Shown here piece after piece: positions 27,579-38,095 of a DNA stretch of 64,000 bases. The notes under the pieces were generated by a model. It searched no databases. It had not been told where the DNA came from and worked only from the letters and a program-made list of their open reading frames with translations. A program made the position numbers and the translations under genes. The first letter of the stretch is position 1. Each line of letters starts with the position of its first letter. Source of the DNA: Nitrospirota bacterium (GTDB taxonomy: Bacteria > Nitrospirota > JACRHL01); NCBI GenBank assembly GCA_016212085.1, contig JACRHL010000011.1:64161-128160 (forward strand), written 5' to 3'.

Positions 27579-28465
27579 GGCGTGGCCGCCCCGCGCGGGT
27601 CGCGCTCCAGGCCCCGGGCGGCGGCCCAGCACCAGATGACCTTGGCCAGATACACGGCGGGAAAGGTATGCAGATCCTTGAGCAGCTCCGGGTGCCGCCA
27701 CCCGATGCGCGCCGTGACCGCCAGGGCCACCAGCGGCGCCAGCAGCCGCAGCCGCCACGGCCCGCGCAAGATCCACGGCGTGCCCAGCGCCACCGCGTGG
27801 CGGTGGCGCACCTGGATGGAATAGGGCGCCCAGGCCGCCGCGTGGCGCAGGAACCCCTGGAGGGAGGTGCGCACGTGGCGGTGGGCGGCGCGGGCGGCGG
27901 GCTCGAAGTGCATGGAGTGGCCCCGGGCCTCGAGGCGCATCATCAGGTCGAAGTCCTCGCCGCACACCAGGTCTTCCTGGAGGCCGTTCACCGCCTCCAG
28001 GGCGGCCTTGTCCAGGCACAGGTTGGCGCAGCTCAGGTGGAAGCCCCTGGGAGGGCCGGCGGGGGTGGAGGGCAGGAAGCCGTGGGCGGCGGCGATGTTG
28101 TCCGCCACGGACCAGTAGCCGTCCCGGTCGAAGGTGAGGGCGCCGCCCACCACGTCCGGTCCCTTGGCGCGGGCGGCGAGCATGGCGCGCATCCAGCCGG
28201 GCTCCGGCACGCAGTCCGCATCCAGGAACAGGCAAACCGCCCCGTTGGCCTGGCGGATGGCCTCGTTGCGGGCCTCCGCCGGGTTGTAGTCGCGCGGGGT
28301 CTCCACAAAGCGCACCCGCGGATCGGTGGGGATCAGGCCGAAGCGGTCGCGCCCCACCACCACCACCTCGAACGGCTCGTCCACCCCCTGCTGGGCGAGC
28401 ACGGCGTTCACGGTGTCGCCGATGCGCGGCGAGTGCAGGTTGGGGATCAGGACCGAAAGGCGCAC
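27575..28465 (-). CDS. Glycosyltransferase family 2. Start uncertain: GTG 28465, TTG 28468 or GTG 28579.
   Basis: LSVLIPNLHSP...FLDADC... are GT2 motifs. The 5' extension to 28579 has AT-rich third positions (CTA TTT TTA), which is atypical for this genome, so the shorter start is preferred. Confidence 0.65.
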   Translation of the reverse strand: MRLSVLIPNLHSPRIGDTVNAVLAQQGVDEPFEVVVVGRDRFGLIPTDPRVRFVETPRDYNPAEARNEAIRQANGAVCLFLDADCVPEPGWMRAMLAARAKGPDVVGGALTFDRDGYWSVADNIAAAHGFLPSTPAGPPRGFHLSCANLCLDKAALEAVNGLQEDLVCGEDFDLMMRLEARGHSMHFEPAARAAHRHVRTSLQGFLRHAAAWAPYSIQVRHRHAVALGTPWILRGPWRLRLLAPLVALAVTARIGWRHPELLKDLHTFPAVYLAKVIWCWAAARGLERDPRGAATP

Positions 28466-28612
28466 CAAGGGAGTTCCAGGCCAGACACGAAAGGGACGGC
28501 CGGCGTCGGCCGGCAGGCCCCGTAAAAATAGCACAGCGGACGGCGCGGCCGACAATTCATCGGCGGAGCCGGCAAACACCGTGTGCTATGATTTCCCGCT
28601 TTGATTTTGATC

Positions 28613-30916
28613 ATGCACACCCGTACCCGCCTCCTCACCCACCTGCTTGCCGTTTTCGCCATGCTTTGCATATCGGCGGGGACGGCCCGCGCCGACACCG
28701 CCGCGCTGATCGGCCGCCCGGTGGTGGCCATCGACGTGGCGGGCCACACGACCATCGAGGAAACCACCCTGCGCGGCGCCATGAGCGCCCGCGTCGGCGA
28801 TCCCCTGTCCGACCGCGCCGTGGCGGACGATGTGCGCAAGATCTTCGCCCTGGGCTTCTTCCGCGACGTGGTGGTGGAGGCCGAGCCCGATGGCGACGGG
28901 GTGCGGCTGACCTACCGGGTGGAGGAGCTGCCCAACCTGTCGGCGGTGACCTTCGAGGGCAACGACAAGGTGCTGGAGGAAACCCTGAAAGGGGCGGCCG
29001 CGGGCCTTACCGAGGGTGTGTTCCTGGCGCCGGACAAGCTGATCAAGGCCCGCGAGGGGCTGCTCGATGAGTATGCGGACGCCGGCTTCCGCCGCGCCCA
29101 GGTGGTGCCGGTGCAGGTGGTGACCCGCAGCGAGGGGGGCGACCGGGTGGACCTGTCGTTCGTGATCGAGGAGGGCGACAAGACCAAGATCGGCATCATC
29201 CGCGTCGAGGGCAACGAGGCGTTCTCGGACCGCATCCTCAAGAAGCGCCTGAAGACCCGGGAGCGCTTCTGGCTCACCAGCTGGATCACCGACTCGGGCA
29301 TCTACAAGCCCGCCCAGGTGCAGGACGACCTGCTGCGCCTGGAGGACTATTACCAGGACCACGGCTATCCGGAGGTGGTGGTGTCGGAGCCGGTCAGCGA
29401 TCTCTCCGCCGACCTGCGCTGGCAGACCCTCACCTACCCGGTGCAGGAGGGGCGCCTCTACCACATGGGCGAGGTCCGTTACGAACACGCCGGCAAGGTG
29501 CCGGAGGCGGAACTGACCGCCGACCTGACGGTGCGCGCGGGGAACCTCTACGACCGCTCCGCCATCCGCGCCGACCGGGCCCGCATCACCGACGTGCTGG
29601 GCGAGCACGGCTACGCCTTCGCCCAGGTGACCCCCGATCCGGTGCCGCGCCCGGAGGACGGCCTGATGGATATCGCCTTCCGGGTCGACGAGGGGGAACA
29701 GGTGCGCATCCGCCGCATCAACATCAGCGGCAACACCAAGACCCGCGACAAGGTGATCCGCCGCGAGGTGCGCCAGCAGGAGGGCGAGATCATCAACACG
29801 GCGCTGCTGCGCCGCAGCTTCCAGCGCATCAACAACCTCAATTTCTTCGAGAGCATCGACATCGTGCCGGTGGAGGTGGGTTCCGGCGAGCTGGACCTGG
29901 ACGTGAAGGTCAAGGAGAAGTCCACCGGCCAGTTCTCCGTGGGCGGCGGCTACAGCTCCGTGGACGGCCTGGTGGGCCTGGCCGAGGTCACCCAGGGCAA
30001 TCTGGGCGGCCGCGGCCAGACCCTGAGCGGCCGCTTCGAGCGCAGCGGCCGGCGCACGGTCTACAACCTGCGCTTCCAGGAGCCATACCTGTTCGACACC
30101 ACCTATTCCGCCGGGTTCGACCTGTTCAACACCGCGCGCGACTTCGAGTCGTACGAGGAAACCCGCACCGGCGGCAGCGTCACCCTGGGCAAGTCCGTGG
30201 GCGAGTACGTGAGCGGCGCGCTCACCTACAGCCTGGAGGCGGTGGACATCAAGGTGCTCGACGCCACGGCCCCCAGCATCATCACCAGCCAGGCGGGCAG
30301 TTCCACCACCGGCGCCCTGGGTTTTTCGCTCACCCGCGACGCGCGCGACAACTTCATGGACCCGACCCGCGGCACCCGCAACGTGCTGGCGGTGGAGGTG
30401 GCCGACAACGCGCTGGGCGGCACCAACCAGTTCTGGAAGGGGTCCATCGAGTCGAGCGCCTATCTCCCGCTGTTCAAGGGGTCGGCCCTCTCGTTCCGCA
30501 ACCTGGTGGGCATGGGCAGGGGGTTCGGCGGCAAGGCGCTGCCCCCCGGCGAGCGCTATTTTGTTGGCGGCATGCGCACCGTGCGCGGCTTCGGCTTTGG
30601 CGAGGCGGGCCCGCTGGCCACCAACGGCGACCCCGTGGGCGGCCCCAAGGAGTGGGTGATGAGCGCCGAGCTGGCGTTCCCGCTGGTGGCCGCCGCCAAC
30701 CTGAAGGGCGCCCTGTTCGTGGACTGGGGCGCGGGCTTCGACGACGGCCAGTCGTTCAGCACCCGCGACCTGAACCTGACCTGGGGCTACGAGATCCGCT
30801 GGATATCGCCCCTGGGCCCGCTGCGCTTCGGCTTTGGCTGGGTGCTGGACGATCAGCGCCCGGCGGCCTTCCAGAACGGTGGCGAGCAGTTGTTCACCAT
30901 CGGTACGTTCTTCTGA
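28613..30916 (+). CDS. bamA: Outer-membrane protein assembly factor BamA (Omp85)
   Basis: 767 aa with a signal peptide, five POTRA-like repeats and a C-terminal beta-barrel ending ...GEQLFTIGTFF. Confidence 0.9.
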   Translation: MHTRTRLLTHLLAVFAMLCISAGTARADTAALIGRPVVAIDVAGHTTIEETTLRGAMSARVGDPLSDRAVADDVRKIFALGFFRDVVVEAEPDGDGVRLTYRVEELPNLSAVTFEGNDKVLEETLKGAAAGLTEGVFLAPDKLIKAREGLLDEYADAGFRRAQVVPVQVVTRSEGGDRVDLSFVIEEGDKTKIGIIRVEGNEAFSDRILKKRLKTRERFWLTSWITDSGIYKPAQVQDDLLRLEDYYQDHGYPEVVVSEPVSDLSADLRWQTLTYPVQEGRLYHMGEVRYEHAGKVPEAELTADLTVRAGNLYDRSAIRADRARITDVLGEHGYAFAQVTPDPVPRPEDGLMDIAFRVDEGEQVRIRRINISGNTKTRDKVIRREVRQQEGEIINTALLRRSFQRINNLNFFESIDIVPVEVGSGELDLDVKVKEKSTGQFSVGGGYSSVDGLVGLAEVTQGNLGGRGQTLSGRFERSGRRTVYNLRFQEPYLFDTTYSAGFDLFNTARDFESYEETRTGGSVTLGKSVGEYVSGALTYSLEAVDIKVLDATAPSIITSQAGSSTTGALGFSLTRDARDNFMDPTRGTRNVLAVEVADNALGGTNQFWKGSIESSAYLPLFKGSALSFRNLVGMGRGFGGKALPPGERYFVGGMRTVRGFGFGEAGPLATNGDPVGGPKEWVMSAELAFPLVAAANLKGALFVDWGAGFDDGQSFSTRDLNLTWGYEIRWISPLGPLRFGFGWVLDDQRPAAFQNGGEQLFTIGTFF

Positions 30917-31039
30917 TTCCCGGGGCCGGCCGTTTGAAGCGGCCCGCCCGCGGGGGGTATTCTTTTACGGATTCGGTTCCGGCCGCCCGGAACCCAGGGA
31001 CGGGGTGTGGTCCCCCGCCCGGCACCACGAAGGGGATTG

Positions 31040-31585
31040 ATGAAAGCCATGAGAACAGCCACCGTGGGCCGCGTGCTCCTGATCCTGTTGGCCGTGTGCT
31101 GCCTGGCGGCGCCGGCGACCGCCCGCGCCGAGGGCCAGAAGATGGGGTGGATCGACGCCCAGAAGATCCTCGACGAGAGCAAGGCCGGCAAGGCCATCAA
31201 GTCGCGCGTGGAGGCCTACCGCGACAGCCGCCAGGCGGTGATCGACCTGGAGGAGCAGGAACTCAAGGACCTCGAGACCAAGCTGGGGCAGCAGATGGCG
31301 CTGCTTACCGAGGACGCGCGCCGCGCCAAGCAGGTGGAGTTCAAGGACCGGCTGGAGCAGTACCAGAAAAAGGTCATGGAACTCACCCAGGAGTTGCAGG
31401 ACAAGAAGGTCGAGCTGCTCACCGAGTTCAACGACCTGCTCTCCACCGCGCTCGACAAGGTGGCCAAGCGCGGCGGCTACGACTTCATCTTCGACCAGGG
31501 CGGCGAAAGCGCCCTGGTGTACGGCGCCAAGACCTACGACCTCACCGACCAGGTGATGGCGGAGATCGATGCCGCCCAGCCCTAA
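31040..31585 (+). CDS. skp: Periplasmic chaperone Skp (OmpH)
   Basis: 181 aa with a signal peptide, then [11 protein letters not shown] and a coiled-coil [15 protein letters not shown]. An AAGGGG RBS precedes the start. Confidence 0.85.
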   Translation: MKAMRTATVGRVLLILLAVCCLAAPATARAEGQKMGWIDAQKILDESKAGKAIKSRVEAYRDSRQAVIDLEEQELKDLETKLGQQMALLTEDARRAKQVEFKDRLEQYQKKVMELTQELQDKKVELLTEFNDLLSTALDKVAKRGGYDFIFDQGGESALVYGAKTYDLTDQVMAEIDAAQP

Positions 31586-32597
31586 CGGCGCCACCCTGGC
31601 CGAGCTGGCCGGGCTCATCGGCGCGCGCCTGGTGGGGGACGGGGGGCGCGCCGTGCGCGGCGTCGGCCCCATCGGCGATGCGGGGCCGGACCAGATCACC
31701 TTTCTGGCCAACCCGCGCTACCGGCCGGCCCTGGGCGCCTGCAAGGCGGCGGCGGTGATCATCGCCGAGGAGGTGGCCGGACTGCCCATGGCCCAACTGG
31801 TGATGGGCGACCCCTACTACGGCTATGCGCGGGTGCTCCAGCACCTGTACCGCGCGCCGCGCCGCGCCGCCGGCATCTCCACCGACGCGCGGGTGGCGGG
31901 CACGGTGGGGGAGGACCCGGACATCGGGCCGTTCGCCACCGTCGGCGCGGGCAGCTCCCTGGGGGACCGGGTGACCCTGCACGCCGGCGTGCGCGTCGGG
32001 AATCACTGCGCCATCGGCGACGACGTGGTGCTGCACCCCAACGTGGTGGTGTACGACGGCTGCGTGATCGGCAACCGGGTGATCGTCCACGCGGGCACCG
32101 TGATCGGCAGCGACGGCTTCGGGTTCGCCACCCACGGCGGCGTGCACCACAAGATCCCCCACGTGGGGCGGGTGGTGATCGGCGACGACGTGGAACTGGG
32201 CGCCGGCGTCACCGTGGACCGCGGCGCCCTGGGTGACACGGTCATCGGCCCCGGCACCAAGGTGGACAACCTGGTGCAGATCGCCCACAACGTGCGCCTG
32301 GGGAAGGGCTGCCTGCTGGTCGGCCAGAGCGGCGTCTCCGGCAGCAGCGAGCTGGGGGACTATGTGGTGCTGGGCGGCAAGGCGGGGGTGGCCGGGCACC
32401 TCGCCGTTGGCGACCAGGCCATGATCGGCGGCATGGCCGGCGTGACCAAGAACCTGGAGGGCGGGCAGATGTACTCGGGCTTTCCCGCCCGGCCGCACCG
32501 CGAGTTCATGAAGGCCCAGGCGGCCACCCTGCGCGTGCCGGAGCTGCGCGAGCGGGTGCGGCGCCTGGAGGATCGCCTGGGGGACGGCAAGGAATAA
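31569..32597 (+). CDS. lpxD: UDP-3-O-(3-hydroxyacyl)glucosamine N-acyltransferase LpxD
   Basis: 342 aa with left-handed beta-helix hexapeptide repeats and a C-terminus ..[14 protein letters not shown]. Confidence 0.9.
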   Translation: MPPSPNGATLAELAGLIGARLVGDGGRAVRGVGPIGDAGPDQITFLANPRYRPALGACKAAAVIIAEEVAGLPMAQLVMGDPYYGYARVLQHLYRAPRRAAGISTDARVAGTVGEDPDIGPFATVGAGSSLGDRVTLHAGVRVGNHCAIGDDVVLHPNVVVYDGCVIGNRVIVHAGTVIGSDGFGFATHGGVHHKIPHVGRVVIGDDVELGAGVTVDRGALGDTVIGPGTKVDNLVQIAHNVRLGKGCLLVGQSGVSGSSELGDYVVLGGKAGVAGHLAVGDQAMIGGMAGVTKNLEGGQMYSGFPARPHREFMKAQAATLRVPELRERVRRLEDRLGDGKE

Positions 32598-32642
32598 CCC
32601 TTTTCGCCCGGCACCCCGGGCCCGTGGAGGACGCGACAAACG

Positions 32643-33092
32643 ATGGTGATGGACTGCGCGCAGATCATGGAGGTGCTCCCGCACCGTTACCCGTTCCTCC
32701 TGGTGGACCGGGTGGACGAGATGGAGCTGGGGCAGCGCATCGTGGCCACCAAGAACGTGACCATCAACGAGCCGTTCTTTCCCGGCCACTTCCCCGGCCA
32801 TCCGATCATGCCCGGCGTGCTGATCATCGAGGCCATGGCCCAGGTGGGCGGCATCCTCGCCTACAAGACCGCCGAATCGCGCCAGAGCGGCAAGTTCGGC
32901 AGGAAGCTCACCTACTTCATGGGCATCGACAAGGCCAAGTTCCGCCGCCCGGTGAACCCCGGCGACACCCTGCGCCTCGAGCTCACCCTGCTCCAGGAAC
33001 GCGCCCCCTACTGGAAGCTCCAGGGCCGGGCGTTCGTGGACGGCAAGCTGGTGTGCGAGGCGGAACTGAAGGCCATGCTGGCGGACGCGTGA
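32643..33092 (+). CDS. fabZ: 3-hydroxyacyl-ACP dehydratase FabZ
   Basis: [13 protein letters not shown]...[26 protein letters not shown]. Confidence 0.92.
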   Translation: MVMDCAQIMEVLPHRYPFLLVDRVDEMELGQRIVATKNVTINEPFFPGHFPGHPIMPGVLIIEAMAQVGGILAYKTAESRQSGKFGRKLTYFMGIDKAKFRRPVNPGDTLRLELTLLQERAPYWKLQGRAFVDGKLVCEAELKAMLADA

Positions 33093-33094
33093 GC

Positions 33095-33871
33095 ATGACC
33101 ACCATCCACCCCAGCGCCGTGGTTGACCCCAGGGCCGAACTTGGCGTGGGCGTCAGCGTCGGCCCGTTCTCGGTGATCGAGGCGGGCGTGCGGGTGGGCG
33201 ACCGCTGCCAGATCGGCCCCCACGTGGTGCTGTCGGGCCACACCACCCTGGGCAGCGGCAACCGCGTGTTTCCGCACAACGCCATCGGCGGCATCCCGCA
33301 GGACCTGAAGTATGCCGGCGAGGACACCCGCCTGGAGATCGGCGACGACAACACCTTCCGCGAGTTCATGACCGTCAACACGGGCACCGTGGGCGGTGGC
33401 GGCGTCACCCGCATCGGCAACGGCAACCTGTTCATGGCCTATGTGCACATCGCCCACGACTGCATCATCGGCGACGGCGCCATCCTGGCCAACGCGGTCA
33501 CCCTGGCCGGCCACGTGACGGTGGAGGACCGGGCGGTGATCGGCGGCCTGACCGCCGTGCACCAGTTCTCGCGCATCGGCCAGCTTGCCATGATCGGCGG
33601 CTGCTCGGCGGTGGACCAGGACGTGCCGCCGTTCTGCCTGGCCATCGGCAACCGGGTGACCCTGCGCGGCCTCAACCTCACCGGCCTGAAGCGCGCCGGC
33701 CTGTCGCGGGAGGCGGTCCGCGACCTGCGCGACGCGTATGCGCTGCTGTTCTCGGAGCAGACGCCCCTGGCGGACACCATCCCCCAGGTGCGCTCCAGGT
33801 GGCCGGACGATCCGCGCGTGGCCACCCTGACCGGGTTCCTGGAATCCAGCGAGCGGGGGGTGTGCCGCTGA
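33095..33871 (+). CDS. lpxA: Acyl-ACP:UDP-GlcNAc O-acyltransferase LpxA
   Basis: 258 aa from MTTIHPSAVVDPRAELG with hexapeptide repeats and a C-terminal helical domain. Confidence 0.9.
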   Translation: MTTIHPSAVVDPRAELGVGVSVGPFSVIEAGVRVGDRCQIGPHVVLSGHTTLGSGNRVFPHNAIGGIPQDLKYAGEDTRLEIGDDNTFREFMTVNTGTVGGGGVTRIGNGNLFMAYVHIAHDCIIGDGAILANAVTLAGHVTVEDRAVIGGLTAVHQFSRIGQLAMIGGCSAVDQDVPPFCLAIGNRVTLRGLNLTGLKRAGLSREAVRDLRDAYALLFSEQTPLADTIPQVRSRWPDDPRVATLTGFLESSERGVCR

Positions 33872-35037
33872 CGGGCGGGGCGGCACCCAACGTCTTCCTG
33901 TCCGCCTGCGAGGCGTCCGCCGACCTGCACGGCGCGCACCTGATGCGGGCCATTGCCCAGGAACGTCCGGCGGCGCGCTTCGCGGGCATCGGCGGCGAGC
34001 GCATGGGCGCGGCCGGGCAGGAACAGCTGTTCCACGCCCGCGACCTGAGCGTGATGGGCCTCACCGAGGTGCTGGGCCGGCTCGGGGCCGTGCGCCGGGC
34101 CTTCGCCGCCGCGCGCCGGGCCTTCGCGGAAGGCGGCGTCGACGTGGCGGTGCTCATCGACGCGCCGGATTTCAACCTGCGCCTGGCCGCCCACGCGCGC
34201 CGCGCGGGCATTCCGGTGGTGTATTTCATCGGCCCCAAGTTCTGGGCGTGGCGGAAGGGGCGCCTGAGGACCATCGCCGCCCGAGTGGACCACATGATGA
34301 CCATCCTGCCCTTCGAGAAACCGCTCTACGACGCCGCCGGGGTGCCCGCCACCTACGTGGGCAACCCGCTGGTGGACGAGATGGCCGAGGTCGCCGCCGC
34401 CGCCCCGACCCCCGGCGGCTGGCGCCCGTCGGACCTGGGGCTGGATGACGCCCGGCCGCTGGTGGCCCTGCTGCCCGGCAGCCGCCCCGGCGAGATCGCC
34501 GCCATCCTGCCCGGCCTGCTGGACGCGGCCGGACGGGTGGCGGAACGGGTGCCGGATGCCCAGTTCGCCCTGCCCGTGGCCCCCTCCCTGGACGGGGCCG
34601 CCATCCGCGCGCGGGTGGCGGCGTGCGGCGTGCCGGTGACCTGCCTGGACGGCCGGGCGGTGGAGCTGCTGTGCGCCGCCAGGGTGGCCGCCATGGCCTC
34701 CGGCACCGTCACCCTGCAGGCCGCCCTGGCGGGCACGCCGGGGGTGATCGTGTACCGGGTTTCCCCGCTCACCTGGGCGGTGGGGCGGCGCCTGGTGACG
34801 CTGAGCCACGTGGGGCTGGTGAACCTGGTGGCCGGCGAGGGGGTCGTGCCCGAGCTGTTGCAGGACGCCTTCACGCCGGAGGCGGTCGCCGAGCAGTTGG
34901 TGGCGTTGCTTGCGGATGGCGGCGCCCGCGACCGGCAGTGCAAGGGCCTGGCCAGGGTGCGCGGCCTCATGGGGGGCGCCGGCGCCCCCCGGCGCGCGGC
35001 CAGGGTGGTGCTGGACCATGTGCGGGGGGCGGCCTGA
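33862..35037 (+). CDS. lpxB: Lipid-A-disaccharide synthase LpxB (GTG start)
   Basis: About 391 aa; ...FLSACEASADLHGAHL... matches the GEASGD-like motif. It overlaps the lpxA stop. Confidence 0.85.
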   Translation: MPLTGGAAPNVFLSACEASADLHGAHLMRAIAQERPAARFAGIGGERMGAAGQEQLFHARDLSVMGLTEVLGRLGAVRRAFAAARRAFAEGGVDVAVLIDAPDFNLRLAAHARRAGIPVVYFIGPKFWAWRKGRLRTIAARVDHMMTILPFEKPLYDAAGVPATYVGNPLVDEMAEVAAAAPTPGGWRPSDLGLDDARPLVALLPGSRPGEIAAILPGLLDAAGRVAERVPDAQFALPVAPSLDGAAIRARVAACGVPVTCLDGRAVELLCAARVAAMASGTVTLQAALAGTPGVIVYRVSPLTWAVGRRLVTLSHVGLVNLVAGEGVVPELLQDAFTPEAVAEQLVALLADGGARDRQCKGLARVRGLMGGAGAPRRAARVVLDHVRGAA

Positions 35038-36794
35038 TGCCCGGCGCCACGCCCACCGACTTCCGCCGCCTGCTGGGCTACCTGCGGCCCTACCTGGGCT
35101 TGAGTACCGCCATCATCGGCCTGGGGTTGGTGGTGTCCGGCGCCACCGGCGCCAGCGCTTATATCATCCGCCCGGTCATGGACAAGGTGTTCGTGGACCG
35201 GGAGGCGGGCATGCTGGCCTGGCTGCCGTGGGCGGTGCTGGCCATCTTTTTCGTGAAGTGCACCGCCGCGTACGGCCAGTCGGTGCTCACCGAAATGCTC
35301 GGCAGCCGCGTGCTGATGGATATCCGCAACGACTTCTTTGGCGCCCTGCTGTCGCTGCCCGTGGGGCGCTTCACCACCACCGCCAGCGGCGAGTACGTGA
35401 GCCGCCTCACCAACGATGTGGCGCTGCTGCAACGGGTGGTGGGCACCCTGGTCAAGGACCTGGTGCGCAACGGCGCCACGGTGATCGTGCTGATCGGGGT
35501 GATCCTCTACCAGGACGCCTTCCTGGCCATCTTCGCCCTGGGCGTGATGCCCATCGCCTACTATCCGCTGATCGCCCTCAGCAAGCGCCTGCGCAAGCGC
35601 AGCCGCGAGGGGCAGGAGGCGGTGTCCATCCTCACCCAGGTGCTCACCGGCACCCTGGGCGGCATCCGCGAGGTGAAGGGCTTCGTGGCCGAGGAGCGCG
35701 AGGCCCGGCGCTTCGCCGGGGCCAACCGGGTGTACCGCTCGACGGTGGTGCGGGTGGCGCGGGTGGCCTCCATCCCCCCGCCGATGATGGAATTCATCGG
35801 CGCCCTGGGCATCGTGGGCATCATCATGGCCGGGGGCACGCGGGTGATCGACGGGGCCATCACCGCCGGCGCCTTCTGGTCGTTCGTGGCCGCCTGCCTG
35901 ATGCTTTACAGCCCCATGCGCTCCCTGGCCCTCACCAACGCCAACCTGCAACAGGCGCTGGCCGCCGCCCGGCGCGTGTTCGAGGTGCTCGACATGCCGC
36001 GCGAGGGGCAGGACGGCGGTGCCCGCGTCCTGGACGGCGTGCGCGAGTCGGTGGTGTTTGATGGCGTGTCCTTCGCCTATGCGGGTGAGGACGGGGGCGC
36101 CGTGCGCGGCGTGTCGCTGACCGCCGGCGTGGGTGACGTGGTGGCCCTGGTGGGCCCCTCCGGCGCCGGCAAGAGCACGCTGGTGAACCTGATCCCGCGC
36201 TTCCTGGAACCGGCGGAGGGGGTGATCCGCATCGACGGGGTGGACAGCCGGGAGTTCTCGCTGCCGTCCCTGCGCGCCCGGATCGGCATCGTGGGCCAGG
36301 ACCCGGTGCTGTTCGACGCCACCATCGGCGAGAACATCGCCTACGGCGCCGGCGGCGCCGAGGTGAGCGCCGAGGCCATCGCCGACGCGGCCGCCAAGGC
36401 CCACGCCCACGACTTCATCAGCGCCCTGCCGAACGGCTACGACACGCGGGTGGGCGAGCGCGGCGTGATGCTGTCCGGCGGGCAGCGCCAGCGCATCGCC
36501 ATCGCCCGCGCCATCCTCAAGGACGCGCCCATCCTGATCCTGGACGAGGCCACATCGGCCCTCGACTCGGAGAGCGAGCGCCACGTGCAGGAGGCCCTGA
36601 ACGGGCTGATGGCGCGGCGCACCACGTTCGTCATCGCCCATCGCCTGTCCACCGTGCGCCACGCCACGCAGATCCTGGTGCTGGACGGCGGCCGGGTGGC
36701 GGAGCGCGGCACCCACGACGAGCTGCTGGCCCTGGACGGCCTCTACCGCAAGCTGCACGACATCCAGCTGAAACCCGCCGCGCACGGGGGGTAG
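35037..36794 (+). CDS. msbA: Lipid A export ABC transporter MsbA (fused permease-ATPase)
   Basis: 585 aa with 6 TM segments plus Walker A GPSGAGKST, the ABC signature LSGGQRQR and Walker B ILILDEATSALD. Embedded in the lpx operon; its ATGA overlaps lpxB. Confidence 0.85.
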   Translation: MPGATPTDFRRLLGYLRPYLGLSTAIIGLGLVVSGATGASAYIIRPVMDKVFVDREAGMLAWLPWAVLAIFFVKCTAAYGQSVLTEMLGSRVLMDIRNDFFGALLSLPVGRFTTTASGEYVSRLTNDVALLQRVVGTLVKDLVRNGATVIVLIGVILYQDAFLAIFALGVMPIAYYPLIALSKRLRKRSREGQEAVSILTQVLTGTLGGIREVKGFVAEEREARRFAGANRVYRSTVVRVARVASIPPPMMEFIGALGIVGIIMAGGTRVIDGAITAGAFWSFVAACLMLYSPMRSLALTNANLQQALAAARRVFEVLDMPREGQDGGARVLDGVRESVVFDGVSFAYAGEDGGAVRGVSLTAGVGDVVALVGPSGAGKSTLVNLIPRFLEPAEGVIRIDGVDSREFSLPSLRARIGIVGQDPVLFDATIGENIAYGAGGAEVSAEAIADAAAKAHAHDFISALPNGYDTRVGERGVMLSGGQRQRIAIARAILKDAPILILDEATSALDSESERHVQEALNGLMARRTTFVIAHRLSTVRHATQILVLDGGRVAERGTHDELLALDGLYRKLHDIQLKPAAHGG

Positions 36795-36795
36795 C

Positions 36796-38079
36796 TTGTA
36801 CCTCCCCCTTTACAATCTGGCCCTGCTCCTGGGGCTGCCGTTCGGCGCGGCGGCGCTGGCGTGGCGCGTGGCGCGCCACGCCGAGTACCGCCACGCCCTG
36901 GGGGAGCGCTTCGGCCAGGTGGCCCCGTCACCGCCGGACCGCACGGTGATCTGGCTGCACGCGGTGAGCGTGGGCGAGGTGATCTCGGCCGTCCCCCTGG
37001 TGCGCGCCCTGCGCGAGGCCTACCCGGAGGCGCACCTGGTGGTGAGCTGCGGCACCTCCACCGGCCGCGCCACCGCCCTGGAACGCCTGGAGGGCATCGC
37101 GGACCGGGTCATCTACCTGGCCTACGACCTGCCGCCCCTGGTGTGGCCCGCCGTGCGCGCCGTCCGTCCGGACTTGGTGCTGCTGGTGGAAACGGAGATA
37201 TGGCCCAACCTGCTGTTGGCCCTGGGCCGCCGGCGGGTGCCCGCGCTGCTGGTCAACGGCCGCATCTCGCGGCGCTCCTTCCCCCGCTACATGCGGGTGC
37301 GGCCGCTCATGCGCGATGCCCTTGCGCCGCTCACGCGCCTGCTCATGCAGACCCCGCGCGACGCCAGTCGGCTGGTGCGCATCGGCGCCCCGCGCCACAA
37401 GGTGCGGGTACTGGGCAACATCAAGTACGACCAGCCCCTCCCCCGGGTGACCCTGGGGCAACTGGAGGCCCATGCCGCCGCCCTGGGTTTTGCCACCGGC
37501 ACGCCGGTGCTGCTTGCCGGCAGCACCCACGCGGGGGAGGAGGAGGCGCTGGCGCGGGTGTGGCGGCGCCTGCGCGAGCGGGAGCCGAAGCTGGTGCTGG
37601 TGCTGGCCGTGCGCCACCCCAACCGGGCCCCGGACGTGGTGGCGCGGCTGGCGGCCATGGGCATCGACGCCGGCCGCAGGAGCCTGGGCGATTGCGCCGG
37701 CAAGCCGGTGGTGCTGCTCGACACGGTGGGCGAGCTGGCCCAGCACTACGCCCTGGCCACGGTGGCCTTCGTCGGCGGCAGCCTGGTGCCGGTGGGGGGC
37801 CACAACCCGCTGGAACCGGCCGCCATGGGGGTGCCGGTGGTGTACGGCCCGCACGTTACCAACTTCCTGGGGCCGTGCGGCTCGCTGGAGGCCTCCCACG
37901 CGGCCGTGCGGGTGGCGGACGAGGACGAGCTGGCCGAGGTGGCCGGCCGCCTGCTGGCGGACCCGGACCGCCGCCGCGAGATGGGCATGGCCGGGCAGGC
38001 GGTGTTCCGCCTCAACCAGGGCGCGGTGGCGCGGACCCTGCGCGAGATCCGCGAGGTGCTGGACGGTGGCCGCCCTTGA
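36796..38079 (+). CDS. waaA: 3-deoxy-D-manno-octulosonic acid (Kdo) transferase WaaA/KdtA (TTG start)
   Basis: 427 aa, ...WLHAVSVGEV...ETEIWPNLL..., in the Kdo transferase family. Confidence 0.85.
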   Translation: MYLPLYNLALLLGLPFGAAALAWRVARHAEYRHALGERFGQVAPSPPDRTVIWLHAVSVGEVISAVPLVRALREAYPEAHLVVSCGTSTGRATALERLEGIADRVIYLAYDLPPLVWPAVRAVRPDLVLLVETEIWPNLLLALGRRRVPALLVNGRISRRSFPRYMRVRPLMRDALAPLTRLLMQTPRDASRLVRIGAPRHKVRVLGNIKYDQPLPRVTLGQLEAHAAALGFATGTPVLLAGSTHAGEEEALARVWRRLREREPKLVLVLAVRHPNRAPDVVARLAAMGIDAGRRSLGDCAGKPVVLLDTVGELAQHYALATVAFVGGSLVPVGGHNPLEPAAMGVPVVYGPHVTNFLGPCGSLEASHAAVRVADEDELAEVAGRLLADPDRRREMGMAGQAVFRLNQGAVARTLREIREVLDGGRP

Positions 38080-38095
38080 GCGCCTGGCGCGGCGC